64,000 nucleotides of DNA from Gammaproteobacteria bacterium (GCA_965243395.1 CBDEUS010000002.1:352001-416000); one strand, 5' to 3'; numbered from the stretch's first letter, positions 29,786-39,419 are shown. Program-made: numbers and translations. Notes: generated from the sequence alone by a model not told the origin.

Positions 29786-30863
29786 ATCCGTAAATGCTTT
29801 TAATTTAGCTTTTTTGGATGTCATGTTTTGTGGTTTTGGTGCTGTGATACTATTTTTTATGATCATTAATGCTAATACACATGAAAGAAGAGATAAAATA
29901 AATTACGAAGTCACAGGTGAAGTAAATAAACTAGATAAGGAGGTTATAGGCGCACAAAAATTTTTAGTGGAATTGAAAAATTCTTTACAAGAAACAAATG
30001 ATGAGCTGATTCAAGCACAAGGTAAGTCACATGAAGTTATCGAAAATATTAAAAAGAATAAAGATCAGCTTGCAAAATTAGACAAAAACACATTAGCCAA
30101 GTTAGAAAGCATAGAAAAACTAAAGGCGGATTTAAAATCGATTGAAGAAGAGAATCAACGTCTTGAAGGTGGTGCAGAAAAGCTATTAGAAGGTGAGCGT
30201 CTAAGGCAATTTTCTGGTACAGGGCATCGTCAATACTTAACTGGACTAAAAATGGGAGGTGAACGAATATTGATTCTAGTGGACACTTCCGCCAGCATGC
30301 TAGCAGATCGAATTGTTAATGTTCTACGTTTTCGAAATTTGCCTCCTGATGAACGCGTACGCGCAGCCAAATGGCAACAGGTACTTTATACCGTAGATTG
30401 GATTACCACACGCATACCAACTACAAGTAAATTTCAAATTTACAGTTTTAATGAAACGACTTCTGCAACATATGAAGTGGAAGGAGAGCAGTGGTTAGAT
30501 GGAGGAAATATAAAACACCTCGACACTGCAGTACATAATTTATTTCAAATAGCACCTGAAAAAGGTACCAATCTTTATAAAGCATTTGAAAGTATTAACC
30601 AGTTCTCTCCTCCGCCTGACAATATTTATTTGCTAACAGATGGCTTGCCTACAAAAGGTCCCTCGATAAGCTTTGGAAATAAAGTAAGCTCAAAACAGCG
30701 TAAAAAATTATATTCTAAAGCTATACAAGAACTACCAGGTGGCATCCCTGTAAATATCATTTTATTTCACATGGAGGGGGATCCGTTGGCTGCTAGTGAA
30801 TTTTGGAAATTGGCGCAAAATTCTAATGGTGCCTTCTTCAGTCCTGCAAGAGATTGGCCCTAA
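29775..30863 (+). CDS. ExbD-like TM + coiled coil + vWA protein
   Basis: N-terminal TM 'LAFLDVMFCGFGAVILFF'; MIDAS DTSAS...GT...TDG. Confidence 0.88.
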   Translation: MKRRSVNAFNLAFLDVMFCGFGAVILFFMIINANTHERRDKINYEVTGEVNKLDKEVIGAQKFLVELKNSLQETNDELIQAQGKSHEVIENIKKNKDQLAKLDKNTLAKLESIEKLKADLKSIEEENQRLEGGAEKLLEGERLRQFSGTGHRQYLTGLKMGGERILILVDTSASMLADRIVNVLRFRNLPPDERVRAAKWQQVLYTVDWITTRIPTTSKFQIYSFNETTSATYEVEGEQWLDGGNIKHLDTAVHNLFQIAPEKGTNLYKAFESINQFSPPPDNIYLLTDGLPTKGPSISFGNKVSSKQRKKLYSKAIQELPGGIPVNIILFHMEGDPLAASEFWKLAQNSNGAFFSPARDWP

Positions 30864-30887
30864 GACATTGGTTTTGACATTATTACT

Positions 30888-31895
30888 ATGAAACGACGTC
30901 GAAATATTGAAATATTTAGTTTGTCTTTTTTAGACTGCGTTTGTTGCGGCTTTGGTGCACTGATCTTATTGCTAGTGTTATCCAAAACTGCGGAACCAGT
31001 AATTTTTGAAGAGTATTCGCTCGATCTAGAAAACATATTAGCCAAGTTACAAACCGAGCTGTTTGAAATTCGTGGTGAAACTCATATTTTAAATCGTGAT
31101 TTAGTCACAAAAAAACAACAGCTTTCCGAAGAAGTTGAAAAAATTGCATTACTTCAAGCAGATTTATCTTCTATTCTTGGAAAATTCGCTGCTTCAAAAG
31201 ATAGTTCAAATATACAAAACAAAATTGAACAGCAACTGGCAACTGCCAAACAAGACCTCACGGAAGAGATGCGTCGATTACAAGAACAACAAAGCAGGCC
31301 CAGAACAGAATTTGACGATACAGTTGGAGGAATTCCGGTAGATAGCGAATACATTATTTTTATAATTGATACCTCAGGAAGTATGTTTAACCATGGCTGG
31401 GGTTCCGTTATACAAAAACTCTCTGAAGTTTTAGACATCTACCCCAAGGTTAAAGGTATTCAAGTAATGAATGATATGGGTGAATATATGTTCGCCCAAT
31501 ACACAGGAAAATGGATCCCAGATACACCAGCAAGACGTAAAGCAATTATTAAACGCATGCGTAAATGGCAAGCTTTTAGTAATAGCAGTCCTGTTGAAGG
31601 TATCACAGCCGCGATTAATACATTCTATTCAAAAAATAAAAAAATCAGTTTATATGTGTTCGGTGATGAATTTACCGGTCCTTCGATTCAATCCGTGTTA
31701 CACGAAGTGAGTCAACTTAATCCTAAAAATACTAATGGTAAGCGTCGAGTTCGTATTCATGCAGTAGGGTTTCCGATTCAGTTCAGTCGCCCCGATAGTG
31801 AGCAGGGTACCGGAGTTAGATTTGCCACTTTAATGCGAGCATTATGCGAGCAAAATGGCGGTACATTTGTAGGTCTAAATTCTCATTATCCCTGA
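30888..31895 (+). CDS. ExbD-like TM + coiled coil + vWA protein (paralog)
   Basis: N-terminal TM 'LSFLDCVCCGFGALILLL'; DTSGSM; VFGDE; RIHAVGFP. Confidence 0.88.
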   Translation: MKRRRNIEIFSLSFLDCVCCGFGALILLLVLSKTAEPVIFEEYSLDLENILAKLQTELFEIRGETHILNRDLVTKKQQLSEEVEKIALLQADLSSILGKFAASKDSSNIQNKIEQQLATAKQDLTEEMRRLQEQQSRPRTEFDDTVGGIPVDSEYIIFIIDTSGSMFNHGWGSVIQKLSEVLDIYPKVKGIQVMNDMGEYMFAQYTGKWIPDTPARRKAIIKRMRKWQAFSNSSPVEGITAAINTFYSKNKKISLYVFGDEFTGPSIQSVLHEVSQLNPKNTNGKRRVRIHAVGFPIQFSRPDSEQGTGVRFATLMRALCEQNGGTFVGLNSHYP

Positions 31896-32109
31896 ATTTT
31901 TGATTATACTATTCCACTGGTTGGCCTTATTCGTGCACTCTGCCCAGTAGGCGATGAGGAGTTGTCACATACTGTGCTTAACTAACTGAATCAGATAGGC
32001 TTTTAAGTAAATTTTTAACTCGCACACAGAATTTTGATCGTTACACTTTGTCGTGAGAAAACTACCGCTCATAGCCTCAATTTAAGCTTAGATCCTAAAG
32101 GAGCTCAAA

Positions 32110-32682
32110 ATGTCATTTCCTAATTCACATGCAACATTCAATTCAATTTATTTGCGGAGTTTATTCAAGTACACCTTAATTTTCATTGCCAGCAGCCTGC
32201 TGATTAGCGCCTGCAGCGGTGATAAAGAAGATGTACCTGTTGAAAAAGAAGTAACTGAAACTGTTGTTCCGGAAAGCACAAAAGCTACTTCAAACGACAT
32301 TGCTTCTGAAATTCAAGTGAATAGAGAAAAATGGATGGCGCATGAAATTAGTAGTTACCAGATTGAGATGCAGAAAATCTGCTATTGCGTTCCTGAAGTT
32401 GTACGCATGATGGTGTTTGAAGTTGACGAAAATGAAGTGGTATCTGTGCGTTATGCAGACACTGGTGAAGATGTCGATCCACAACACTACGGTGACTTTA
32501 ATACGATTGAAAGCATGTTTACGTTTGTTGAAAAGGCCTTGGAAAAAGATCCAGCCGATCTGTCCATCGCATATCACGATAAGTATGGATACATAAAGGA
32601 AATGAGTGTGGATTTTAAAAAGAACATTGCTGACGATGAGATTTCAATTATCGCCTCAAATATGAGGCCAAAAGAAAATTAG
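32110..32682 (+). CDS. Lipoprotein, DUF6174-like
   Basis: Lipobox ISA-C; W...ISSY......CYC; Y...YGY....VD....IADDE. Confidence 0.7.
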   Translation: MSFPNSHATFNSIYLRSLFKYTLIFIASSLLISACSGDKEDVPVEKEVTETVVPESTKATSNDIASEIQVNREKWMAHEISSYQIEMQKICYCVPEVVRMMVFEVDENEVVSVRYADTGEDVDPQHYGDFNTIESMFTFVEKALEKDPADLSIAYHDKYGYIKEMSVDFKKNIADDEISIIASNMRPKEN

Positions 32683-32688
32683 GTATTT

Positions 32689-34638
32689 ATGCGATTAGGA
32701 GTTGGAACACTAATCTTTTTACTTTCGAGCTTAATTACAAACTTTGCATATGCAGCTCCTGAAGTAAACGATTTAACCATCAATGTAGATGGTATCGATT
32801 ATGCTATTGAACTTAAAAAAAGTTCTTTCGCAAAGCGTATACAGGTCAATCTAGATACTGAAAGTGACGAAAACCAACCGAGTATAGAACTCTACCAAGG
32901 CGATGTGCCAGAAGTACCTGATAGTTGGGTAGCCGCTTCCTACTATGATGGTGAATGGCAAGGACTTGCATCCATTCACGATAAATTATACGAGCTAAAA
33001 GGTTTTGGAATGTCGGGAACAGCGCTTGCCGTTCTTGATGGTGATGAATCTGTTTCCATGCAAGCAGATGAACTTGATCTCTCTGGTGATTTTGATATTC
33101 ATACAATGTGCGCGATGCCACATGCTTATAACGATGCGGCGGCTAGCACTTTAGCTTCTATTCTTCCTAACGCTAACGCGGTTAACAATAATGGCACAGG
33201 ACAAGGTAATGTAGCTTTTGCCGTAGGCGCTATTACACAAGCCGTCAACGTAGTGTTAGCACTCGATCAATTTCACACGGCACAGTATGCAGATTCTGTA
33301 CAACGCGCCATGCGTATTATCAATAATGTTGATGCTATTTATCGTAATAGCTTGGGTATCGCTATTAATAACACTGCGATACTAAGCTTTGATAACAACA
33401 ATCCATTATTTGCTGGTATAACCGACGCGGAAGTTATTTTAGACCAAGCTATTCTTAATCAAGGCAATGTATTTGGAAATAATCCACGCACACTAGGTGC
33501 ACTGCTCACTGCGAGAGATATACAAGTACCTTTGATAGGTAACGGCGTTGCAGGCATTGCACCTTTAAATGCCACATGTACTATCATCAATGGATTCGAT
33601 ATTGCGGTGAGTGTAAATGAAGATCGTGCATCTGAAGGTGTAGCATCTGTCATATTGGCGCATGAAATGGGCCATAACTTTGGCGCCGAACATGATGGCC
33701 CTCCTAACAATGCGGCATGCCCCGTCAGCACTTTTATTATGTCGCCGGTGGTAGCAAATGGGCTAAATGCATTTTCACAATGTTCGAGAGATGAGATCAA
33801 TGCACATATTGCAAATGGAACTTGTTATAAAGAACCTATCGATATTGCTTTAGCTCGCTTTGGAGCACCACCACCTGATAACTTGGCTCAGTTACAAGAA
33901 ATTACACGTCAAATATCCATATCAAATAACGGTACTGTGGCTGTCGCCAATGTGCAAATTGATGGGGATATCGACAATGTAGCCCTTGCCAGATTTACCG
34001 AAGTTACCGTAAATGGTGCAGCGTGCACTTTGTTAGCTGCAGGCAAATCCTATCAATGCAACCTTGCTTCGATTGCTGCAGCCACGCAACAAATTATCAA
34101 CGAAAAAGTTCAGGTAGTTGGGTTAGGCACATTTAATTTCAGTGCAAACTTTGATAGCTCGGATGTCACGCAACGCATCGATATCGTTACTAACAATCAA
34201 TTTGTTACCGATAGTCGTACCGCGAACCAAGCAGCCGTAGCGCCTGTTGCACCTTCTGGTTTAAGTGCCAGCGCACAAAATACAGGTGACATTGCATTAA
34301 CATGGGCTGACAATAGTAACAACGAACTAAATTTCCAAGTACAACGTTCGACTGGGGGCGGCGCATTTGCAGTTATTGCAAATCTAGCCGCAAACGCAAC
34401 ATCCTATACTGACAGTAATAGCAACTTAACAGTGGGTACAGCTTACACCTATCAAGTAATTGCCACGAATGCGATAGGCAGTTCGCCTTCAAATCAATCC
34501 ACTGCAACAGCATTAGAACCTACTGTAGCGGCAAGCCCTGCACCTTCATCAGATGACAGTGGTGGTGGCGGCGGCGGTGCCATCTATTTATTTTCAGCAA
34601 TTCTGTTACTTGCAAGATTAGTGCGACTCGCTCGTTAA
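32689..34638 (+). CDS. M12B/reprolysin-like zinc metalloprotease with FN3 domain and GlyGly-CTERM anchor
   Basis: HEMGHNFGAEHD, Met-turn FIMSP, FN3 'LTWADNSNNE..FQVQRS', C-terminal SGGGGGG-TM-RLVRLAR. Confidence 0.9.
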   Translation: MRLGVGTLIFLLSSLITNFAYAAPEVNDLTINVDGIDYAIELKKSSFAKRIQVNLDTESDENQPSIELYQGDVPEVPDSWVAASYYDGEWQGLASIHDKLYELKGFGMSGTALAVLDGDESVSMQADELDLSGDFDIHTMCAMPHAYNDAAASTLASILPNANAVNNNGTGQGNVAFAVGAITQAVNVVLALDQFHTAQYADSVQRAMRIINNVDAIYRNSLGIAINNTAILSFDNNNPLFAGITDAEVILDQAILNQGNVFGNNPRTLGALLTARDIQVPLIGNGVAGIAPLNATCTIINGFDIAVSVNEDRASEGVASVILAHEMGHNFGAEHDGPPNNAACPVSTFIMSPVVANGLNAFSQCSRDEINAHIANGTCYKEPIDIALARFGAPPPDNLAQLQEITRQISISNNGTVAVANVQIDGDIDNVALARFTEVTVNGAACTLLAAGKSYQCNLASIAAATQQIINEKVQVVGLGTFNFSANFDSSDVTQRIDIVTNNQFVTDSRTANQAAVAPVAPSGLSASAQNTGDIALTWADNSNNELNFQVQRSTGGGAFAVIANLAANATSYTDSNSNLTVGTAYTYQVIATNAIGSSPSNQSTATALEPTVAASPAPSSDDSGGGGGGAIYLFSAILLLARLVRLAR

Positions 34639-34738
34639 TTTACATTTGATGAAATTTTCAATATTGGAGAATTGATATTCGTTAAGACAAAATAAATTCA
34701 TCACCTATTTATACCACGTAGTATTTGTAGAGATTTTT

Positions 34739-34981
34739 TTGAAAGGACTCAATATGAAATCGATCACTATACTTATCCTCTCACTCTTGGCTTGCATTTG
34801 TTTTGCCTCTGAAAGTGAAGAACAAATAAAACCTATCCTAACTGAACCCGTAGAAATCGTTTTGGTTTGCCCTGAAGGCAGCAAACACGAAGGCGAAGAA
34901 TTACCTGAATGGGTCACCACGCAAGAAGCCTCTGACTTCTACTGTAATGAAGCTGTAGAAGAAACAGAAATCGCTGAATGA
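34739..34981 (+). CDS. Small exported acidic protein
   Basis: SD AAGGA before ATG ~34754; signal peptide; two Cys in the mature part. Confidence 0.6.
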   Translation: MKGLNMKSITILILSLLACICFASESEEQIKPILTEPVEIVLVCPEGSKHEGEELPEWVTTQEASDFYCNEAVEETEIAE

Positions 34982-35131
34982 TTGAGTGAGTACAAGGATG
35001 TACGAATAAGAGCCGCGTCTTGGATGACGCGAATAGATTAGAGTTAATTTATCTAAAATTGTCCGCTATCAGACATAAGTGATCATATTAATGTAGAGGT
35101 TGCTTCTTCCAGGTATTTAAACAGATTGCAT

Positions 35132-35596
35132 TTATAGTGTTTCACACTTGCCACGAACCATTACAACATCATCTTTTGATTTCTCACTTAAAAAAGCATT
35201 GACATAAGTATAGACAAATCTCTTTCTTGCGGGCTCATAATAAAAGCTCTCATTAAGTCGATCATAATGCCCGGAATAAACACCACGAAAATAACTTGGA
35301 TATCCATACGGGGTCGGCTCTTCGTCAAACGGACCAAAGTCGAATCTATTTTTCCCATCCTGTACTGTAATATATAACATGTATTTTTCTACATGCGCTT
35401 GAGTAAGAGAGTCATCTTCATCTTTATTCCATCCGGTAACCGCACTTGGTATACAAAGCCACTTACCCACAATGTTTGGATCTAGTTTTTCATCTGCTGC
35501 AATTGCATGACCTGCAAATAAATAAAATATTAATACCCATCTCATACTTTTCTCTATCTCATTGATCAAGGTAATCATGTAAGACTTTTCCTTCAT
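35132..35596 (-). CDS. Hypothetical exported protein
   Basis: Signal peptide MRWVLIFYLFAGHAIA suggests an internal start (~35545). Confidence 0.55.
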   Translation of the reverse strand: MKEKSYMITLINEIEKSMRWVLIFYLFAGHAIAADEKLDPNIVGKWLCIPSAVTGWNKDEDDSLTQAHVEKYMLYITVQDGKNRFDFGPFDEEPTPYGYPSYFRGVYSGHYDRLNESFYYEPARKRFVYTYVNAFLSEKSKDDVVMVRGKCETL

Positions 35597-36404
35597 TAAT
35601 TCTCATATTTTCTACTCTATAAAACGGATTTGAAGTATTCACAACAGTAATGGCGCCTAATGGATTTTTATCAATTGAATACAAGCTTAACGTAGCATTT
35701 GCTAAATGCATTTCATGTATCACAATTCCATTTTGAGGTGCAGATATTATTTGTTTGACTGCATAACCATCTTTTAAGTTAGGTTTAGGTATACGTTTCA
35801 GTGATAACATATTCCAGTTAGGAAGTTGGCCATTCTCCACTTTAGTTGTAATCTCAAATTTGACATCTACTAGCAATTCACCATCGATCTCAACAGTACC
35901 CATTAGAGAATTACCATCTCGTATAAATGTAATATCAGCTAGAAACTTTGGATATCCGTAAATTTCTCTTCCTCCAATGATGCCATCTATATGGTCAAGA
36001 TATAGAACCGGAAAATAGCTACCATGTTCGGTAATATTTCCATCTTTATAGGTAACGGGAATAAGTAAACCTGCTTCACGATAGTTAAGCTCTTGAGGAT
36101 TCTTTAAATTAAATTCTCCAATGTAGAAATAAATTGTGTTGCCACTATTTGGTATTAAAGGCTCTGGAACAAGATTTCGTAATGTTTTTGAATCTGATGT
36201 GATTGTAATTACTGCAACTTTATTATTTTCATACATATATGGTTGTGTGATATGAGCAACATCATTAGAAGACAGATATGAGTTATCAAATTCATTAGCA
36301 AATAAATAAGTTGTAGCAAAAAACAAAATTAGAAATCTAATTAATAACACGATAACCCCTGAGCATTGAACGATTGTAAATTTCATGCTCAAAAAGATAC
36401 TCAT
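35559..36404 (-). CDS. Acetoacetate decarboxylase family protein, apparently with signal peptide
   Basis: LVPEPL, YREAGLLIPV, GGREIYGYPKFLA. Confidence 0.8.
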   Translation of the reverse strand: MSIFLSMKFTIVQCSGVIVLLIRFLILFFATTYLFANEFDNSYLSSNDVAHITQPYMYENNKVAVITITSDSKTLRNLVPEPLIPNSGNTIYFYIGEFNLKNPQELNYREAGLLIPVTYKDGNITEHGSYFPVLYLDHIDGIIGGREIYGYPKFLADITFIRDGNSLMGTVEIDGELLVDVKFEITTKVENGQLPNWNMLSLKRIPKPNLKDGYAVKQIISAPQNGIVIHEMHLANATLSLYSIDKNPLGAITVVNTSNPFYRVENMRINEGKVLHDYLDQ

Positions 36405-36443
36405 TCATCTAATTATTATCAGTAATAAAAACACACCTAATAT

Positions 36444-36459
36444 TGTGATATTTGTCACT
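36444..36459. promoter_or_regulatory. CRP-like site
   Basis: TGTGA-TATTTG-TCACT. Confidence 0.45.
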
Positions 36460-36577
36460 CATATGTTTAGTTGCGTAGTTTAGATAACGTCCGCATTTTG
36501 TTAGATACCAAACATAATAAGGAATTGCAGATTGTTAATTCATCCATATAACTATAAAACCTTAAAAGTAATAGTGT

Positions 36578-36600
36578 ATAATGTTATGTTATAACGTAAT
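36578..36600. promoter_or_regulatory. Zur box
   Basis: ATAATGTTATGTTATAACGTAAT versus gammaproteobacterial consensus GAAATGTTATA-N-TATAACATTTC. Confidence 0.65.
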
Positions 36601-36651
36601 ATACTTCAGGCTATTATCTCTAGGCACTAATAAATCTTTTCTTCGGCAGAG

Positions 36652-37077
36652 ATGACAATGTTAAATTTACAAGCAATTTCAGATAAGACGGCTATTAGCT
36701 TATCTTTGCTTTGCACCATTCACTGTTTGGCGTTACCCCTGTTAGCCGTTTCACTCCCGTCAATTGCAGCACTGCCATTAACTGATGAAATTTTTCATAT
36801 ATGGATGGTCATTGCAGTAGTACCAATTTCTGCTTACGCCCTCACTATGGGCTGCAAGAATCACAAACGTTACCAAGTATTATTTATAGGCAGCATCGGC
36901 TTATTAATTTTGAGTATTGTTGCTTTTTTTGGTCATGATTTGTTTGGTGAAGTATTAGAAAAAGCCTTTACCGTCATTGGCGCAACGGTGATTGCTATCG
37001 CACATATATGGAACTATCGCCTATGCCGACATCAAAATCTGTGTGTATGCCCAGAACAAAGCAAAATGACTAATTAA
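36652..37077 (+). CDS. MerC-domain membrane protein
   Basis: DKTAISLSLLCTIHCLALP, EIFH, AHIWN; 4 TM. Confidence 0.85.
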   Translation: MTMLNLQAISDKTAISLSLLCTIHCLALPLLAVSLPSIAALPLTDEIFHIWMVIAVVPISAYALTMGCKNHKRYQVLFIGSIGLLILSIVAFFGHDLFGEVLEKAFTVIGATVIAIAHIWNYRLCRHQNLCVCPEQSKMTN

Positions 37078-37126
37078 CTTAGTCATTACTTATTCATCAT
37101 AATTATTTTTAGATTTTATTATTGCG

Positions 37127-37765
37127 CTATGCATCCGCTTTGGTTTTGTCAGAAGTCAAACGTAAATCTTGCCAGGCGATTTGAAATACTCGTGCTGCTG
37201 ATCGTGAAAACATAATTAAAAGTCCAAATGCAATTATTAAATCTGGCCAGCCAGAATTAAATATCCACACCGCTAATGCAGCTAGAATAACTGCAAAGCC
37301 TTCTGCAACATCGTTGCGTGAGCACTCCCAAGCGGATGCCATGTTTACATCTTTATGCCGGTATGGCGTTAATAACAAGAGACAGCTTAGATTGGCAACT
37401 AAATTTACAAGTGCTGCAAGACCCATCGTCTCGAAGATAGGAGTTTCAGGGTGTAACAACCGCAAGATAATCACATACGCAACCACCAAAGCCGAACTGA
37501 GAATTAACAACCCCTTAAACATAGCAACCCGGGCTTTTACATATGGAGCTGCTCCTATCACCATCAAACTTATAACATAGGTTAATGCATCCCCCAAGTT
37601 GTCAAGCGCACCCGACAATAAAGATGCAGAGCCACTGATTTTGGCTGCAATAACCATCATAAGAAAAGTACAAGCATTAATAATAAGAACAACTATGAGA
37701 ACAAGGCGTTGTTTCTGATTTAATGCAGAGCTATCAAAATTATTATGGCAACAAATATCTTTCAT
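37127..37765 (-). CDS. Cation diffusion facilitator (CDF), TM domain only
   Basis: SASLLSGALDNLGDA, SAWECSRND, WPDLI. Confidence 0.8.
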   Translation of the reverse strand: MKDICCHNNFDSSALNQKQRLVLIVVLIINACTFLMMVIAAKISGSASLLSGALDNLGDALTYVISLMVIGAAPYVKARVAMFKGLLILSSALVVAYVIILRLLHPETPIFETMGLAALVNLVANLSCLLLLTPYRHKDVNMASAWECSRNDVAEGFAVILAALAVWIFNSGWPDLIIAFGLLIMFSRSAARVFQIAWQDLRLTSDKTKADA

Positions 37766-37815
37766 TTAATTTGAATATAGGTTTGCTCCTGCACTTCATC
37801 CATCCTTTGCAATCG

Positions 37816-38133
37816 CTAGCGGGTATTCATTTTTTTAAATTCTTTTTTTATTACTTTATTGTAATCATGCTCAATTTCGCAGACATGCCGGTTAAAAGAA
37901 CCACCATGTATAGTAATGTATTTTTGACCTTTATTAGATCTAGCTTCGGTTGTCCTTAAATTAAATTCTTTAGCTTTTGTAAAAACATCACTTATTGATG
38001 ATCCAACATTGATTTTTTTACATACATGATCAATTGTTTCAGGCTGTAAAATCCACGAATCTACTAGAATACTCCCTACAAATATTGCGATGAACACCGT
38101 GACAACTTTCCATAATGTGCTGGGTTTTTTCAT
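37816..38133 (-). CDS. Hypothetical membrane-anchored protein
   Basis: 105-aa ORF with N-terminal TM and two Cys. Confidence 0.55.
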   Translation of the reverse strand: MKKPSTLWKVVTVFIAIFVGSILVDSWILQPETIDHVCKKINVGSSISDVFTKAKEFNLRTTEARSNKGQKYITIHGGSFNRHVCEIEHDYNKVIKKEFKKMNTR

Positions 38134-38283
38134 TTAAATTAATTTCATCAGCTTGCATTTCATGTGTATGTTTGTAGAGCACTCGCCTTTAATCAGTGAG
38201 TTAATTTAACTTCTGCAGACAACAATAATTAATTATAGAATATTCAGTATATAAAGATAATAAATGTAGGGTTAGGAGGAACT

Positions 38284-38607
38284 ATGTTGCGAATTATTTA
38301 TGTCTCTATTCTTTCAGTAATTTTATGTGGTTGCGCTTCAAGAGCTAACCTAGAATGGAATTTAAATAGCTGGGTTGGTCAAGATGTTGATGGGTTAGTT
38401 CAACACTGGGGTAAACCATCAGATATTGGTGCACTTGCTAATGGCAATGTGTCATATTCATGGATGTTTGATGAAGGTTTAACAAATGCTCCTATTAACG
38501 GTGTTGTCTCGGGGTATGCGAAATTTTGCAAAATCACATTAGCAGTTTCTAGCAACGATCGCCTAGTGCAATCGTGGCAATTAGAAGGTAATAATTGTAA
38601 AGCGTAA
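38284..38607 (+). CDS. Hypothetical lipoprotein
   Basis: SD AGGAGG, lipobox LCG-C, SWVG....LV..WGKP. Confidence 0.75.
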   Translation: MLRIIYVSILSVILCGCASRANLEWNLNSWVGQDVDGLVQHWGKPSDIGALANGNVSYSWMFDEGLTNAPINGVVSGYAKFCKITLAVSSNDRLVQSWQLEGNNCKA

Positions 38608-38650
38608 TGTCTTAGATTGTTCTTAATTGCTCGCCCTAGGATTTTTTAAT

Positions 38651-39055
38651 TCAAATTTGCGATCGTAGTTCAACAGTGTTTCCTTCGGGATCCTTAATAT
38701 AAATAGAACGTCCGGTTCCCTGTGCACCGTAACGGTCCGCGAATTCACCGACTTTAATGTTATGTGTTTCTAAGTGGTTTCTTATTTCTTCTTCGCTGAT
38801 TTTTTCCAGCTGTAAACAAAAGTGGTCCATATTATTATCGCATTTACTCGGCGGCCCACCACCCATTTTGCCGATTTTGCTATCAACATTAACTAGATCA
38901 ATTAATGCATTTCCTGCACGTAATTGTGTGATGCCAAACTCCGCCGAGGTTTCTCTTTCGACTTTACAATTTAATACTCCACAATAGAACTCTAGCATTT
39001 CACTTACTTTTGATGTTCTTAAAACAACATGATCTATTCCAGCTACCTCAATCAT
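38651..39055 (-). CDS. VOC/glyoxalase family protein
   Basis: IDHVVLR, FYCGVL, DHFCL, SIYIKDPEGNTVEL. Confidence 0.9.
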   Translation of the reverse strand: MIEVAGIDHVVLRTSKVSEMLEFYCGVLNCKVERETSAEFGITQLRAGNALIDLVNVDSKIGKMGGGPPSKCDNNMDHFCLQLEKISEEEIRNHLETHNIKVGEFADRYGAQGTGRSIYIKDPEGNTVELRSQI

Positions 39056-39083
39056 TATTAATCCTACTTAATACTTATTTATT

Positions 39084-39419
39084 TTATGCATGAACACCAA
39101 GAAGAACTTTTTTTGCATTTCCCTTCGCTTTATATATTGCATAAAGTATATATGGAAACCCAAACATACCGCCCATAAAAATACTTAAGAACCCAAAAAC
39201 GATACCTTTATTCGAGAACCCCTCACGCCAGGAAATCCATGTCGCTAGTAAAACAAGGTGAATTAAAAAATCAATATTAAACTGCGAACGCCAATCGAAA
39301 CACAAAATATCGCCAAAAAATACTGCAGGCCAGTTTAGGCCATTGTTATAAAGTGCAAAAACAGTAGCCATGTAGATCGCTAATGTTGCAACGACTAAGA
39401 ACAACTTTATTTCTCTCAA
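39084..39419 (-). CDS. Hypothetical membrane protein
   Basis: SD GGAGG with TTG start; 3 TM; WRSQFNIDF, WISWRE. Confidence 0.7.
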   Translation of the reverse strand: MREIKLFLVVATLAIYMATVFALYNNGLNWPAVFFGDILCFDWRSQFNIDFLIHLVLLATWISWREGFSNKGIVFGFLSIFMGGMFGFPYILYAIYKAKGNAKKVLLGVHA

